A stretch of DNA of 64,000 nt from positions 32,001-96,000 of the forward strand of contig JAXHVD010000008.1 in assembly GCA_034189385.1 (NCBI GenBank), written 5' to 3'. This DNA comes from Thermodesulfobacteriota bacterium (GTDB taxonomy: Bacteria > Desulfobacterota > Desulfobacteria > Desulfobacterales > C00003060). Shown here piece after piece: positions 49,061 to 59,700 of the stretch (its first letter is position 1; the number at the start of each line of letters is the position of its first letter). A model generated the notes under the pieces. That model worked only from the letters and a program-made list of their open reading frames with translations. It did no database searches and had not been told where the DNA came from. Position numbers and translations under genes: made by a program.

Positions 49061-50398
49061 CTAGCTTAAGGCAGCTGCCCGCAGGTCCCTTAAGCGGGCA
49101 CTTGGTCTTGCTGGATAGCAGGCTGGGTCTTTTAGGGCTTTGTATTTTTTGTCAAGGGCGTGAAAGCTTTCTTTGAAGCGTTTCCTAATGTCTTCTAACG
49201 ACGGGTGGGGCCTCAGGAGTCTTCCTTGCTCCATGACGGGCTCGAGCAAGGGGCGTCCATGTTCAACGGTCTCATCTGCGGTGCCAATCACATCTTCTAT
49301 ATAGGATCCTTGGCCGTCGACCTTTCTGAAGACCTGCTTTTCACCGGGCAGATTTGCCTTTCCTGTACTAAACTTCATGATGGGTGTCTCAGCGTATTGG
49401 ACAAGTTTGTAGACCATGTCTAAATAAGGGGCATCGGCAGAGACCCCCATCTTGGTACCAACGCCAAAGGCGTCTATCTTGGCCCCTTCCTTTATGACCC
49501 TTGCGATCTCGTATTCGTCAAAACTGCCACTTGCAAATATCTCTGTCCCCTCAAGACCTGCTTTGTCCAGGATCTCTCTCACCTCCAGACTCAGCCTAAT
49601 CATGTCACCGCTGTCCAGTCGCACCCCTAAAAGTCTTTCGCCCCTCGTGGCCATCTCCTGCCCCACCATGGCTGCATTCTTGGCCCCTTCTATGGTATCA
49701 TAGGTATCGACGAGGAGAATACTCTTTCGTGGAAAAGATTTTACAAAAGCCCTGAATGCTTCAATCTCTTTGCCAAAGGAACTGACATAGGAATGGGCCA
49801 TGGTTCCTGCAATAGGGATGTGATACAGTTTCCCGGCCAGCACATTGCTTGTGGCCACAAATCCCGCAATATAACTGCTCCGAGCCACCTTGAGCCCTGC
49901 ATCTGCTCCATGGGTCCTTCGAAGGGAGAAGTCCACGAGCCCATGACCTTTTGCTGCATGGACACAGCGGGCCGCTTTGGTGGCGATCATAGACTGAATC
50001 TGAATGGTATTGATGACCAGTGTTTCCAACAACTGGGCCTCTATGACGGGGGCTGTCACCTCGAGAATCGGTTCGTCGGCAAAGAAGATCTCACCCTCAG
50101 CCATGGCCCGTATTTTTCCTGTAAACCGCAGGGCCCTGAGGTAGTGCAGAAAGTCTCGCGAAAAGACCCCGGTGCCCTCCAGATAAGCGATGTCGCCTGC
50201 TGAAAACTGAAAGTTGGCTATATATTCGAGGATGTCCTCCAGACCTGCGGCTACAAAGTAGGCCCGATGGCGTGGATACTTTCTGATGAAGAGCGAAAAC
50301 GTGGCAGGCTCAGCCATACGATTTTCAAAATAGCTGGCCGCCATGGTCAGTTCATATAGATCCGTGAGGAGTTCCAACCTTTCAACAAGGCCTGTCAT
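49061..50398 (-). CDS. pncB: Nicotinate phosphoribosyltransferase
   Basis: TDLYELTM, DFSLRR, GTMAHS, LVDTYDT, VRLDSGD, FGVGT. Confidence 0.95.
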   Translation of the reverse strand: MTGLVERLELLTDLYELTMAASYFENRMAEPATFSLFIRKYPRHRAYFVAAGLEDILEYIANFQFSAGDIAYLEGTGVFSRDFLHYLRALRFTGKIRAMAEGEIFFADEPILEVTAPVIEAQLLETLVINTIQIQSMIATKAARCVHAAKGHGLVDFSLRRTHGADAGLKVARSSYIAGFVATSNVLAGKLYHIPIAGTMAHSYVSSFGKEIEAFRAFVKSFPRKSILLVDTYDTIEGAKNAAMVGQEMATRGERLLGVRLDSGDMIRLSLEVREILDKAGLEGTEIFASGSFDEYEIARVIKEGAKIDAFGVGTKMGVSADAPYLDMVYKLVQYAETPIMKFSTGKANLPGEKQVFRKVDGQGSYIEDVIGTADETVEHGRPLLEPVMEQGRLLRPHPSLEDIRKRFKESFHALDKKYKALKDPACYPARPSARLRDLRAAALS

Positions 50399-50913
50399 AG
50401 GATCTTGGCTCCATATATCCGATCCATACGTTTGAGGGCATATTCATGGAACTCGGGGTCGAAATCGGCCACGCCGTTTCTTGACAAGGTGACATTGTAA
50501 TCCCGATTGGCCAGCTCGCCTACCGTGTCCATGATACAGATACTTGTACAAACCCCCACAAGCTCCACGTCCTGAATCTGGTGGGCCTTCAAGACATCAC
50601 CCAGCTCAGTTTCGAAAAAGCCGCTGTAACGTCTCTTTTGGATCACTACCTCTCCTTCCTGTGGGGCAAGGGACGGCAACACCTCGTGGCCCCACGACCC
50701 GGCCACAGCATGCTTGGGGAATTTTTCAAACTCCTTGTCGTCTTCTGCATGGCAATCCTGCAAGTAGATAACCATATCTCCAGCCTTGCGGTATTGTTCA
50801 ATGCGGCCCTTGACAAAGGGAACAATACCTCGGGCCGATTCAAAGTATAATGCACCCTTTTCGTCTGCAAAGTCATTGAGCATATCTGACACAATCAAGG
50901 CCCTGTGAGACAT
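50395..50913 (-). CDS. pncA: Nicotinamidase/isochorismatase family cysteine hydrolase
   Basis: DMLNDF, D-x-H, FPKHA, KRRYSGF, GVCTSIC; ATGA overlap with pncB. Confidence 0.85.
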   Translation of the reverse strand: MSHRALIVSDMLNDFADEKGALYFESARGIVPFVKGRIEQYRKAGDMVIYLQDCHAEDDKEFEKFPKHAVAGSWGHEVLPSLAPQEGEVVIQKRRYSGFFETELGDVLKAHQIQDVELVGVCTSICIMDTVGELANRDYNVTLSRNGVADFDPEFHEYALKRMDRIYGAKIL

Positions 50914-51161
50914 GTCGCCCTCCTACTTCTTGGGGTTTTCCAAATCAACGGCCAGTGCCTATCTTACCTGAAGTGTTTCCTCCGTGCAACCTTATGATGG
51001 CATGGCAAAGGGCTTCATTTGACCCATATGAGTGGGCCCATCCTGAGCTGTTGGAGTTCCCGATGGCCCTCTCCCCACCAATTCCGTTGACAAGATAGGA
51101 CGGTTCCTCTATTCAATCTCTCAGGGTCCATTCCCCCTTTGGGCCTGAGGGAAGGAAGAAC

Positions 51162-51968
51162 GTGTCTGCTTTACTAGAAGTCAACCGCTTGTGTAAGGAA
51201 TTCGGTGGATTGTCCGCCATATCTGATCTGAGCTTCACCGTGGATGCAGGATTGGTCAAGGCAGTCATCGGGCCAAATGGGGCTGGAAAGACCACCCTTT
51301 TTGGGATGATTACTGGCATCCTGGATGTCACAAGGGGCCAGATCCGTTTCAAGGGACAACCTATCACGGACCTGAAACCCTACCAAGTAGCAGCCCTGGG
51401 CATATCGAGTACCTTCCAGACAGTGGAACTCTTTGGTGAGATGACAGTACATGAAAATGTCATGGTGGGACGCCATGTGAGGACCAACTCAGAGCTTTTT
51501 GCCGCAGGTTTTCGCCTGAAAAGGATGCGCCAAGAGGAAAAGGAGATAAGAGAGACTGCCCTTGAATACCTGGAGTTCGCAGGACTTCTCGAGAGAAGAG
51601 ATATGAAGGCCAAGAGCCTCTCCTTGGGTGAGCAGAAACTCTTGGAGATTGCAAGGGCCCTGGCCACTGAGCCTCAACTCCTTCTCTTGGACGAGCCGGC
51701 CGGGGGCCTCAATGACCGAGAGACAGAACATTTGTCGGAGCGGATCTCCGCCATTCGTGGTCGGGGCCTCACTGTCTTACTGGTGGAGCACGACATGAAT
51801 CTAGTTATGAACATATCTGATGAGATCGTGGTCATCAACTATGGCGAGAAGATTGCAGAAGGCCCCCCTGGTGCCATTAAGGACAATCAGGATGTCATTG
51901 ACGCCTATTTGGGAGAAGCCATCGACTATTCGGACCTGAGGCGGCAGAGGGAATCAACGTTGGCCTAG
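51162..51968 (+). CDS. livG: Branched-chain amino acid-type ABC transporter ATP-binding protein
   Basis: GPNGAGKTT, TFQ, LLLLDEPAGGL, VEHDM, VIDAYLG. Confidence 0.88.
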   Translation: MSALLEVNRLCKEFGGLSAISDLSFTVDAGLVKAVIGPNGAGKTTLFGMITGILDVTRGQIRFKGQPITDLKPYQVAALGISSTFQTVELFGEMTVHENVMVGRHVRTNSELFAAGFRLKRMRQEEKEIRETALEYLEFAGLLERRDMKAKSLSLGEQKLLEIARALATEPQLLLLDEPAGGLNDRETEHLSERISAIRGRGLTVLLVEHDMNLVMNISDEIVVINYGEKIAEGPPGAIKDNQDVIDAYLGEAIDYSDLRRQRESTLA

Positions 51969-52323
51969 TCTGTCTTCAGGTCTTCTTTTCTGCCCATGGC
52001 GTCTGAACCCGGATGTCACCCTCCACGCCACTTGTCTATGCCATCTTGTTCCATGAGCACCATGCGTTTGTCCGCGTTTTTTCGAAGATGATCAATGGCT
52101 GCTCACTTGTTGATGAGAATCACATCCTTTTGAGTGGGCTCCACACCAGGTCCCTGCAGGCGTACAGTCGAGGTTACGGCACCATTGGTGTGGAAAGTGC
52201 TGAAATCCTATTCAGAAGGACCTACGGTGGGGATGGAATCACATCCTGGCAGGGAGGAAGAATGTGGCATATGAGCGCCAAGAGTGCAACACAGGGAGTA
52301 GTACGAATGAACAGGCGGGGCTG

Positions 52324-53808
52324 CTACCAGTCGTAGAGGACTTCCCAGTGGTTGTGAAAAGAGGGATCGTCATGGATGTAGGAATAAGAAAGGGTTCGGC
52401 CTGTGCCTGGGCCTTTGCTCGTGTCTTCACACCAGAATCTTAAGTATATAGCCGGAATGGGCCTTTGTCCCTTGGAGCCATCTTCCAGCCCTTCATGGCC
52501 TTTGACCCACACCTCTTTTTCTTCAATGATCTTCCACGTCGTTTCATATTGTTTGCTCCTTACCACTTCTCCCACGCGAGGTAGATCCAGTTTTTCGCGA
52601 AGATCCTTGAACCGGTACGTGGAGTGTGCGCTGTAGTCCAAGACCCTTTCTCCAAAGACCATGATCCCTATGGCCCCCAAGGGGGCGGTGAGAAGGATAG
52701 AAAGCACGGCCACTGCCAGGATGACTTCTCCAGATGCCACACCTGCTGCTAGGGGAACGGCGCCGATGGCGGCCTGAACGGTGGCCTTTGGGACATAGGC
52801 CACGACACAAAAAAGCCTTTCTCGCCAATCAAGATCTGTTCCCAGAAGGGATAGATAGGTGCCCAGGCTCCTGAAGACAAGCCCTACAAGGATGACCATG
52901 GTGCCTGCAAGTCCTGCCTGCCAGGCCACGTGAATATTGACCTGGGCGCCAACGAGCACGAAGAGGAGCAATTCTGCAAAGACCCACAGCTTTTTAAGCT
53001 TTTGAGAAATGATGTGGGCAATGGGCTCGGACTTTTCCAATATGATGAAGCCGATGGCCATGACACCCAGAAGGCTGGCAATGGGGACCCATTTCTCACA
53101 CTGTGACTCGATCCATGTAAGTAAAATAGCCGTTCCAAGAACCAGAAGTGTCCGTTTTGGGGGGCGCCAGTCGTATTTTCGGAAAAGCCAATGGAGAAAC
53201 AATCCGGGAATGAGCCCGGCCGCAATCCCGAGAACGATAGACACAGGGATCTCACCAAGCTTGGCCCAGACATGGACCTCCCCTCCGCCGTGCATGCCCA
53301 GAAAGATAGTAAAGAGCACAATGACAAACACGTCATCGACTGAGGAGGCCCCCAAAACCAGGGTGGGTATCCCTTTTCTGGCACCTCTTCCCCGGTCCAT
53401 GAAATCGATCATGAGAGGCACCACCACAGCAGGAGACACGGCCGCCAGAATGGCCCCCAGAAGGGCGGCCTCCAGAAGGCTTATGTTCAGCCACCTTGGT
53501 GCCACCAACATGACGCCTGTGATTTCAAGCAATGCAGGAATGGCACTCATAAGGAGCGCTGCTCGGCCCACCCGGTTGAGGGTATCGCGACGGAGCTCGA
53601 ATCCCGCTCGAAGGAGAATTACAATCAGGGCGATCTTACGGAAGTCTCCCGAAACCTTCATGGTTTCCGGTCCCATGAGATCCCACACGTAGGGTCCACA
53701 AAGGATCCCCACGAGGAGCATACCCACCAGTCCGGGGAGGTTCAACCGCCGGAAAAGATAATCTGATCCCAGCCCTAAGATAATGATGAGTGCTAGGCTT
53801 GCTGCCAC
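52324..53808 (-). CDS. Cation:proton antiporter with extra soluble C-terminal domain
   Basis: ILLRAG, AVSPAVVVP, SSVDDVF, PKATVQAAIG; ~105-aa hydrophilic tail ending HWEVLYDW. Confidence 0.88.
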   Translation of the reverse strand: MAASLALIIILGLGSDYLFRRLNLPGLVGMLLVGILCGPYVWDLMGPETMKVSGDFRKIALIVILLRAGFELRRDTLNRVGRAALLMSAIPALLEITGVMLVAPRWLNISLLEAALLGAILAAVSPAVVVPLMIDFMDRGRGARKGIPTLVLGASSVDDVFVIVLFTIFLGMHGGGEVHVWAKLGEIPVSIVLGIAAGLIPGLFLHWLFRKYDWRPPKRTLLVLGTAILLTWIESQCEKWVPIASLLGVMAIGFIILEKSEPIAHIISQKLKKLWVFAELLLFVLVGAQVNIHVAWQAGLAGTMVILVGLVFRSLGTYLSLLGTDLDWRERLFCVVAYVPKATVQAAIGAVPLAAGVASGEVILAVAVLSILLTAPLGAIGIMVFGERVLDYSAHSTYRFKDLREKLDLPRVGEVVRSKQYETTWKIIEEKEVWVKGHEGLEDGSKGQRPIPAIYLRFWCEDTSKGPGTGRTLSYSYIHDDPSFHNHWEVLYDW

Positions 53809-53825
53809 GACATTTTCCTCAAGCA

Positions 53826-53962
53826 GAAAAACAAAGCCCCGTCCCCTATGACTCAGAGCGAGGCTTCAGATAAGCCCAAATAGAGAAACCCCAGGCGGGC
53901 TTTTCTATCAGCCCGTCCCTGTCATGTCAAGGTGGTGCCCGGAGGCCCACCGTCGTTCATGA
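53826..53962 (-). promoter_or_regulatory. Candidate structured leader RNA/attenuator of the antiporter
   Basis: Two nested hairpins followed by a terminator-like stem and U-rich tract just before the RBS. Confidence 0.45.
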
Positions 53963-54234
53963 GGCTCAAACCAGACACATGGTTTACCAGCCCGATTTGA
54001 GGCAAGCTGTTGGGCATCGCGTCACTGAATGTCCAGAGTTGTCATATGCGCCACGCTGAGAGCTTGAACCGAATAAGCGAGCGCATTCTCCACAGGAGAG
54101 CTACTGCAGCCCCTGTGGCTTGCCACGGGGAGGGTTCAATGACCGGACTTTCTTTTCCCGAGACTCGGAACGCTTGCCCCATGGGCCAGAAAAGTAGGCC
54201 GACAAAGACCCGGGGGATTCGAAATCTATATTCC

Positions 54235-54263
54235 TTGACATTTCAAGCTAATAGCGGTACATA
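54235..54263 (+). promoter_or_regulatory. Putative sigma-70 promoter
   Basis: TTGACA-17 bp-TACATA. Confidence 0.5.
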
Positions 54264-54504
54264 AGTTCGAGTTGGAGGCTTTTGGGGCTCTGTTTCTCCG
54301 GCTTTTCTTTTCTCCTTTTCCTGATTTTCTACGGAAGCTAGAATGGTCCTGAGCGGAGCCGAGGGGGCCAGAGAACCGGCACTTGAAACCTGGATCCTTA
54401 GACTTGCAAGACCGGTTGCTCGAATCAGTTGCTTGTCCGCAAATGGACGTTGTCAAAGACATGGCAGGTACCTGAACGTATCTCAACAATAGGAGGATGA
54501 GAAA

Positions 54505-55305
54505 ATGGGCATTGGCAAGGAAGTGCGTAAAGAGCGCATCATGCAACGGGAAACCGGCAAGACCGTCATCGTTCCAATGGACCACGGTGTCACAGTGGGG
54601 CCCATCCAGGGGCTCATGGATCTTCCCAAGACCGTGGATATGGTGGCCAAGGGCGGAGCTAACGCCGTAGTGGAACATTCGGGCATGGTGGGCCAGGGCC
54701 ATCGCCGTTATGGCCGGGACATAGGCCTCATCGTTCACCTTTCGGGAAGCACAACCCTCTCTCCGGACCCGAACCGAAAAGTACTGGTCTGTTCCGTAGA
54801 GCGTGCAGTCCGCTTGGGAGCCGATGCTGTGAGTATTCACGTCAACATCGGCGCGGAAAACGAGGGTGAAATGTTAGAAGCCTTCGGCGAGGTTGCCGAA
54901 AGTGCCGATTACTGGGGCATGCCGCTCCTTGCCATGGTCTATCCCCGGGGCCCCAAAGTGGAAAATGAAAAGGCTGTTGAGAATGTGAAGATCGCGGCTC
55001 GCGTGGGCGCAGAGCTTGGAGCGGACATCGTCAAGGTCCCCTATACGGGATCTCCTGAATCTTTCAAGAAAGTGGTCCGGGGATGTCCCATTCCTGTGGT
55101 CATCGCTGGGGGATCTAAACTCTCCGACGAGGAGACGTTAAAGATGGTAGAGGGTGCCATGAAAGCAGGAGCCGCTGGACTGTCAATGGGCCGCAATGCT
55201 TTCCAGCACCGCCGACCGGTCCGCTTGGTGTCTGCGGCTTGTGCCATTGTGCACCAGGGAAAGACTGCTAGACAGGCCATGAACATACTCAAGGGCAAAG
55301 TGTAA
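54505..55305 (+). CDS. 2-amino-3,7-dideoxy-D-threo-hept-6-ulosonate synthase (DhnA-type class I aldolase)
   Basis: [42 protein letters not shown]; adjacent to DHQ synthase II. Confidence 0.9.
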   Translation: MGIGKEVRKERIMQRETGKTVIVPMDHGVTVGPIQGLMDLPKTVDMVAKGGANAVVEHSGMVGQGHRRYGRDIGLIVHLSGSTTLSPDPNRKVLVCSVERAVRLGADAVSIHVNIGAENEGEMLEAFGEVAESADYWGMPLLAMVYPRGPKVENEKAVENVKIAARVGAELGADIVKVPYTGSPESFKKVVRGCPIPVVIAGGSKLSDEETLKMVEGAMKAGAAGLSMGRNAFQHRRPVRLVSAACAIVHQGKTARQAMNILKGKV

Positions 55306-55339
55306 GGCTCGCGCCTTGTTGAGAGTAAAGGAGTGCATC

Positions 55340-56338
55340 ATGACGAGGCTGTTTTGGGTCAATGCTAGGCCCTACAATAAGAAAGTCGTCACCACGGCCT
55401 TGGAAAGCGGCGCTGATGCCGTGATTGTCCCCAAGGGCCGGTCCAAGAAGGTCCGCGAGCTTGGTCTCATCAAGACGGTCTCCGTGGACGGCGACCTGAA
55501 ACTTGGCGAGGACGTGGTGGAGATGACCATTTCATCTGAAAAGGACGAGGCCAAAGCCCTCAAGGTCCCGGCCGACAGGCTGCTGCTCATCAAGACCAGC
55601 GACTGGAAGGTGATTCCCCTTGAGAACCTTATTGCCAAGAGAGGAAAAGGCCTGCTGGCATTGGTGCGCAGTGCCCAGGAGGCCAAGATTGCATTGAAGA
55701 TCATGGAGCGCGGGGTCGATGGGGTGGTTCTGGCCTCAACAGATTTTTCGGAGATTAAGCGCACCGCTGCTGTTCTCCGTGAGCAGGCAGAGCGCCTCCG
55801 CCTGGTGAAGGCCACCATCAGGTCTGTTCGACCCCTGGGAATGGGAGACCGGGTCTGCGTTGATACCATTACTAACATGGAGCCGGGCCAGGGCATGCTC
55901 GTCGGAAATTCCAGTTCGGGTATGTTTCTGGTCCACGCGGAAAACGTGGAGACACCTTATTGTGCCACGCGCCCTTTCCGCGTAAACGCCGGTGCGGTTC
56001 ATGCTTACGTTCGCGTACCCGATGGAAAGACAGCTTACCTGGCCGATATCAGCATAGGGGACCCGGTCTCGATCATCGACTACAAGGGCCGGAGCGAGAT
56101 CGGTTTCGTAGGGCGGGCAAAGGTGGAGAAGCGGCCCATGATGCTCGTGGAGGCGACCTACAAGGGCAAGGCCTTGTCACTGGTCATGCAGAATGCGGAA
56201 ACCATCCGTCTCACCAAGGCCGGAGGTGAGCCCGTCTCCATTACCCATCTGAAACCCGGCGACCGCGTGCTCTCCTACCTGGAAGAAGCGGGCAGGCATT
56301 TCGGGGTAAAGATTGACGAGACTATAGTAGAGAAGTAA
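55340..56338 (+). CDS. 3-dehydroquinate synthase II (archaeal type)
   Basis: DWKVIPLENLIA, GDRVCVDT, GMLVG, RPFRVNAGAVHAY, QNAETIRL, GRHFG. Confidence 0.94.
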   Translation: MTRLFWVNARPYNKKVVTTALESGADAVIVPKGRSKKVRELGLIKTVSVDGDLKLGEDVVEMTISSEKDEAKALKVPADRLLLIKTSDWKVIPLENLIAKRGKGLLALVRSAQEAKIALKIMERGVDGVVLASTDFSEIKRTAAVLREQAERLRLVKATIRSVRPLGMGDRVCVDTITNMEPGQGMLVGNSSSGMFLVHAENVETPYCATRPFRVNAGAVHAYVRVPDGKTAYLADISIGDPVSIIDYKGRSEIGFVGRAKVEKRPMMLVEATYKGKALSLVMQNAETIRLTKAGGEPVSITHLKPGDRVLSYLEEAGRHFGVKIDETIVEK

Positions 56339-56371
56339 CGACCTCCCCTACAGATACTTCAAAGTAGCTAG

Positions 56372-56559
56372 TGCCCATCCATGAATGCCCAAAAAAAGGG
56401 TGGGCACTGGCGTCAGTTCCCAATTCAGTCCGCCGTAGGCGGATTCGCAAGTTCACGAAAATCAAGCGATTGCGCGGAGGTCCGCCGAGGCGGATCGCAC
56501 AAGTAATCTTGCAGATTGATCCGCCTGAGGCGGAGAAAAGGGCCATTGATGGATGGACA
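56372..56559 (+). mobile_element. MITE copy B (188 bp)
   Basis: TIRs TGCCCATCCATGAATGCCC / GGGCCATTGATGGATGGACA; CTAG on both sides (56368-56371, 56560-56563). Confidence 0.78.
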
Positions 56560-56739
56560 CTAGCGAAGAGAGTCTCTTTGATCGTCTATAGGCATCCAGC
56601 CAATAGCCCCCGCCCCCTTTTTTTCTTGGGAGGGAGGTCTTCGGCTTGGCTCAGGATAAACCCTTCGACGTCGCTCAGGGTAAAGTGCAGAGCCCGGGGA
56701 CTTCAGGTGTTATTCCTCTTCGTGCCCACCCTTCCCATA

Positions 56740-59700
56740 TTATGGAACGGGGGATTTAGGATAATGATATCCCATGTCCACCACTCCCACATCATCTGCT
56801 TTGTCCGTTCTGGTGGTCCGCTTCTGTAGGTCCGGTTTTGGGGCAGTGTCATTTCCCGTATCCACGCAGGGGCTGTCAGCCGGCTGTCCGGAAGCCTGTT
56901 GAGCTAGATAATAGTCCCCGTTTTTTTCTGTGGGAACGGAGACAAATAGAGGATCCATGGAGATATCCTTATCACCTGGGGCGCAGCCTACATAGTCATT
57001 CTTATTATTCCACACGTTGTTGAAGTTGTTGATCACCCAGGCTCCTGATGACGGAAACACGTTTGTTCCCGTGAAATTGACGATACCCCCCCTTTTGTTG
57101 TTGGTAATGATATTGTTCTCTACGGAAGCTGTGAACATGGCGTGGAAAGGGTAGCCTAATATCAAGCCGCCCCCTTTCTCTTTTTTGGCGGCTTGATGGT
57201 TGTTGGAATCAATCGTGTTGTTCCAGATGATCACTTTACTCAAGTTGAAGGAAGTAATGCTGATGCCCCCCTGGTTATTGCTGAAAATCAGATTGTTCTC
57301 GATGACAATATCGTCTCCAGCAAATCTCTTCACCGTGGAAACAGGACTAATCGTAATGCCGAAATGGTTTTCGTATATGTGGTTTCCCTTTATCTGAGGC
57401 GAGGCGACTGCCCGGACCCCGATGCCGATTCTGTTTCCATAGATGTAATTGCCTTCAATGCACGGGGCGGCAAGCCCTCTGGAGCCCACACCGACGACGC
57501 GGTTATTGTAGATGTGGTTATTGTAGATGCGGGCCTTGCTGCCTTTTCCATTTCCGATGCCTATCATGTTGTCGTAAATTTGATTTTTGTATATCTTCGT
57601 CTTTCCGGTGAGTGTCCCCGGTCCGTGCACTCCCACACCATTGTGTAGATTTCCGGTAATCTTGTTGTTGACAATAGCCGGAGAGGAATCCCATATGTTG
57701 ATACCATGGCCCCTCAACCCCTTGCCGCCGCCCGTAATGACGAACCCTTCAATCCTGCCTGCCCTGTCACCCAGGTCACGGATCGTGATGGCATTACCGT
57801 CGCCTTTTTTGCTACCGCCGTCTATGACAGGCCATCCAATACCTATCAAGTTGACATTCTTGTCAATGATGATATCACCGGTATAAATACGGTTCCGCAC
57901 GACGATGTCGTCGCCTGGACTGGCGGCCTTTACGGCTGATTGAATAGTGGGATACTGTCCGGGGACATGTCGTTTCCTGTCTGCTTCATAGTGCAAAGTG
58001 CTAATGTAGACCTCATCGGGCTTGCTGTCGATTTTTCCGTCATTGACCACTAGCTGGGCCACGTAGCAGCCCAGTGCGTCTACCATGAATGTGGCGTTGA
58101 CGGCGTTATGATCAGACAGCGTTGCCTCGCTACCCCATGGCCTGAAGACTAGTTTCCACTGGTGACTCAGGGCATCTCCATTTGGATCCCTGCTGTCCCC
58201 TCCAGAGAGCCTGACCGTATCACCCAGACGAACGTTGGAGATATCCTCTCCAGCATGGGCTGCGGGAGGTCGGTTCGAAAGTGCGCTGACGGTGACCCTC
58301 TCAGGGGTACTGGCCTTGCCCCATCGGTCTTTTACTATGAGTTCGGCTGTATAGTCACCAGGCATATCAGTCTTGAATCGGCACCTTGCCCTGTCGGTGG
58401 AAGAGAGTTCGGCTTTGCTTTGGCTTGGTTTGGAAAGGAGTCTCCAATGATACGACGTTTCGTCTCCGTTCGGATCAATGCTGGCACTGCCATCCAAGGT
58501 CATTTCCTGTCCCACATATACCTGTGGTGAAGGACCAATACTGGCTTTCGGGGGATCATTGGATGGCCGATTTTCAGCCACCGTATAAGGTCCTCCGTAG
58601 GCCCCCATATCATTGACAGATGAACCTAGTGAAGGGCCGAAGTGGACATCTAGGAAGGCTTCGTCCGGGTCTCCTCCATCAATGGCCGGGGATCGCGGCA
58701 AGAGATGATAATCGTGATGGGCAGGATCTACATACAATGGATCGGCTATAATGTCCTTGAGCTTCCCATAGCTTTCTTCATCCTCATAGCCACCGTATTG
58801 GCGCCTAATGCACCATAGGTAGCGGGGATTGCAGCCTCCTGTCGCGTTATTGGCAAAGAGCAGGTTGTGGGAATACCCCTTGCCTGCGGCTCTAATGCCT
58901 GCATCGCCATTGTGTGTAATGATGTTGTTTTTAATAGTGGGGACTGCAGAAGGGCTCTCTGACACAATACCCGCACGGCCATTGGCCACAATGGTGTTGT
59001 TGACGATTTCCAGGGGCGTTGGGAGGCACCTTATTCCGACCCCCTCATTTTCGTAAATCACGTTGTTGTAAATGGTCGCTGAAGCCGCTTCGGCTTCAAT
59101 TGCCGCCCTCTTGTTCTTGCTTAGGGTGTTGTTTCTCACATCCAACTGAGAAGTTACCTTCCCCACAGTGGAAATCCCGATCCTATTGCCCCTGATAACA
59201 TTTCCTTTGATCCTAAGGCAGGATCCATTTTTTGCGTAGATGCCTATCTGCTGATCATTAGATATGAGATTGTCAATGACAACGGCTGCGCTGCCGTCGC
59301 AGTATACCCCTGCTGGTGCGTTAGCCACAATCCTATTGTTGACAATGGTCGGAGACGTTGATTTGCAGTATATCCCCCCGCCGATGATCGTACCCTCCTT
59401 TTCTATCCGCCCCCCCTTGGTGATGGTGAATCCATCCAAAGTGGCCTTGTTGGCCCCTGAGACGACCCAGCCGTCCTTTTCCCCTCCGTCTATGGTGGTT
59501 ACATGGGAAGAGACATCTCTTTGCGAGAGATCCTCGTTCCAGCCCCCTTCCAAGATGACACCTTCCTTTAAGGTGACGTTTTCATAGTAGGTTCCCTGGC
59601 ACACCCTTATTCTGTCCCCCTCCTTGGCGGCTTCTATGGCGCCCTGGATAGTGGTGTAGTCCTTCGGGACATGGATCGTTCGGGCCATAGCCTTTGGCAT

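Noticed and set aside
51965..52200. Minus-strand frame with two in-frame TGA codons as a second selenoprotein
   Set aside because: No start/RBS, no recognisable family, no convincing SECIS
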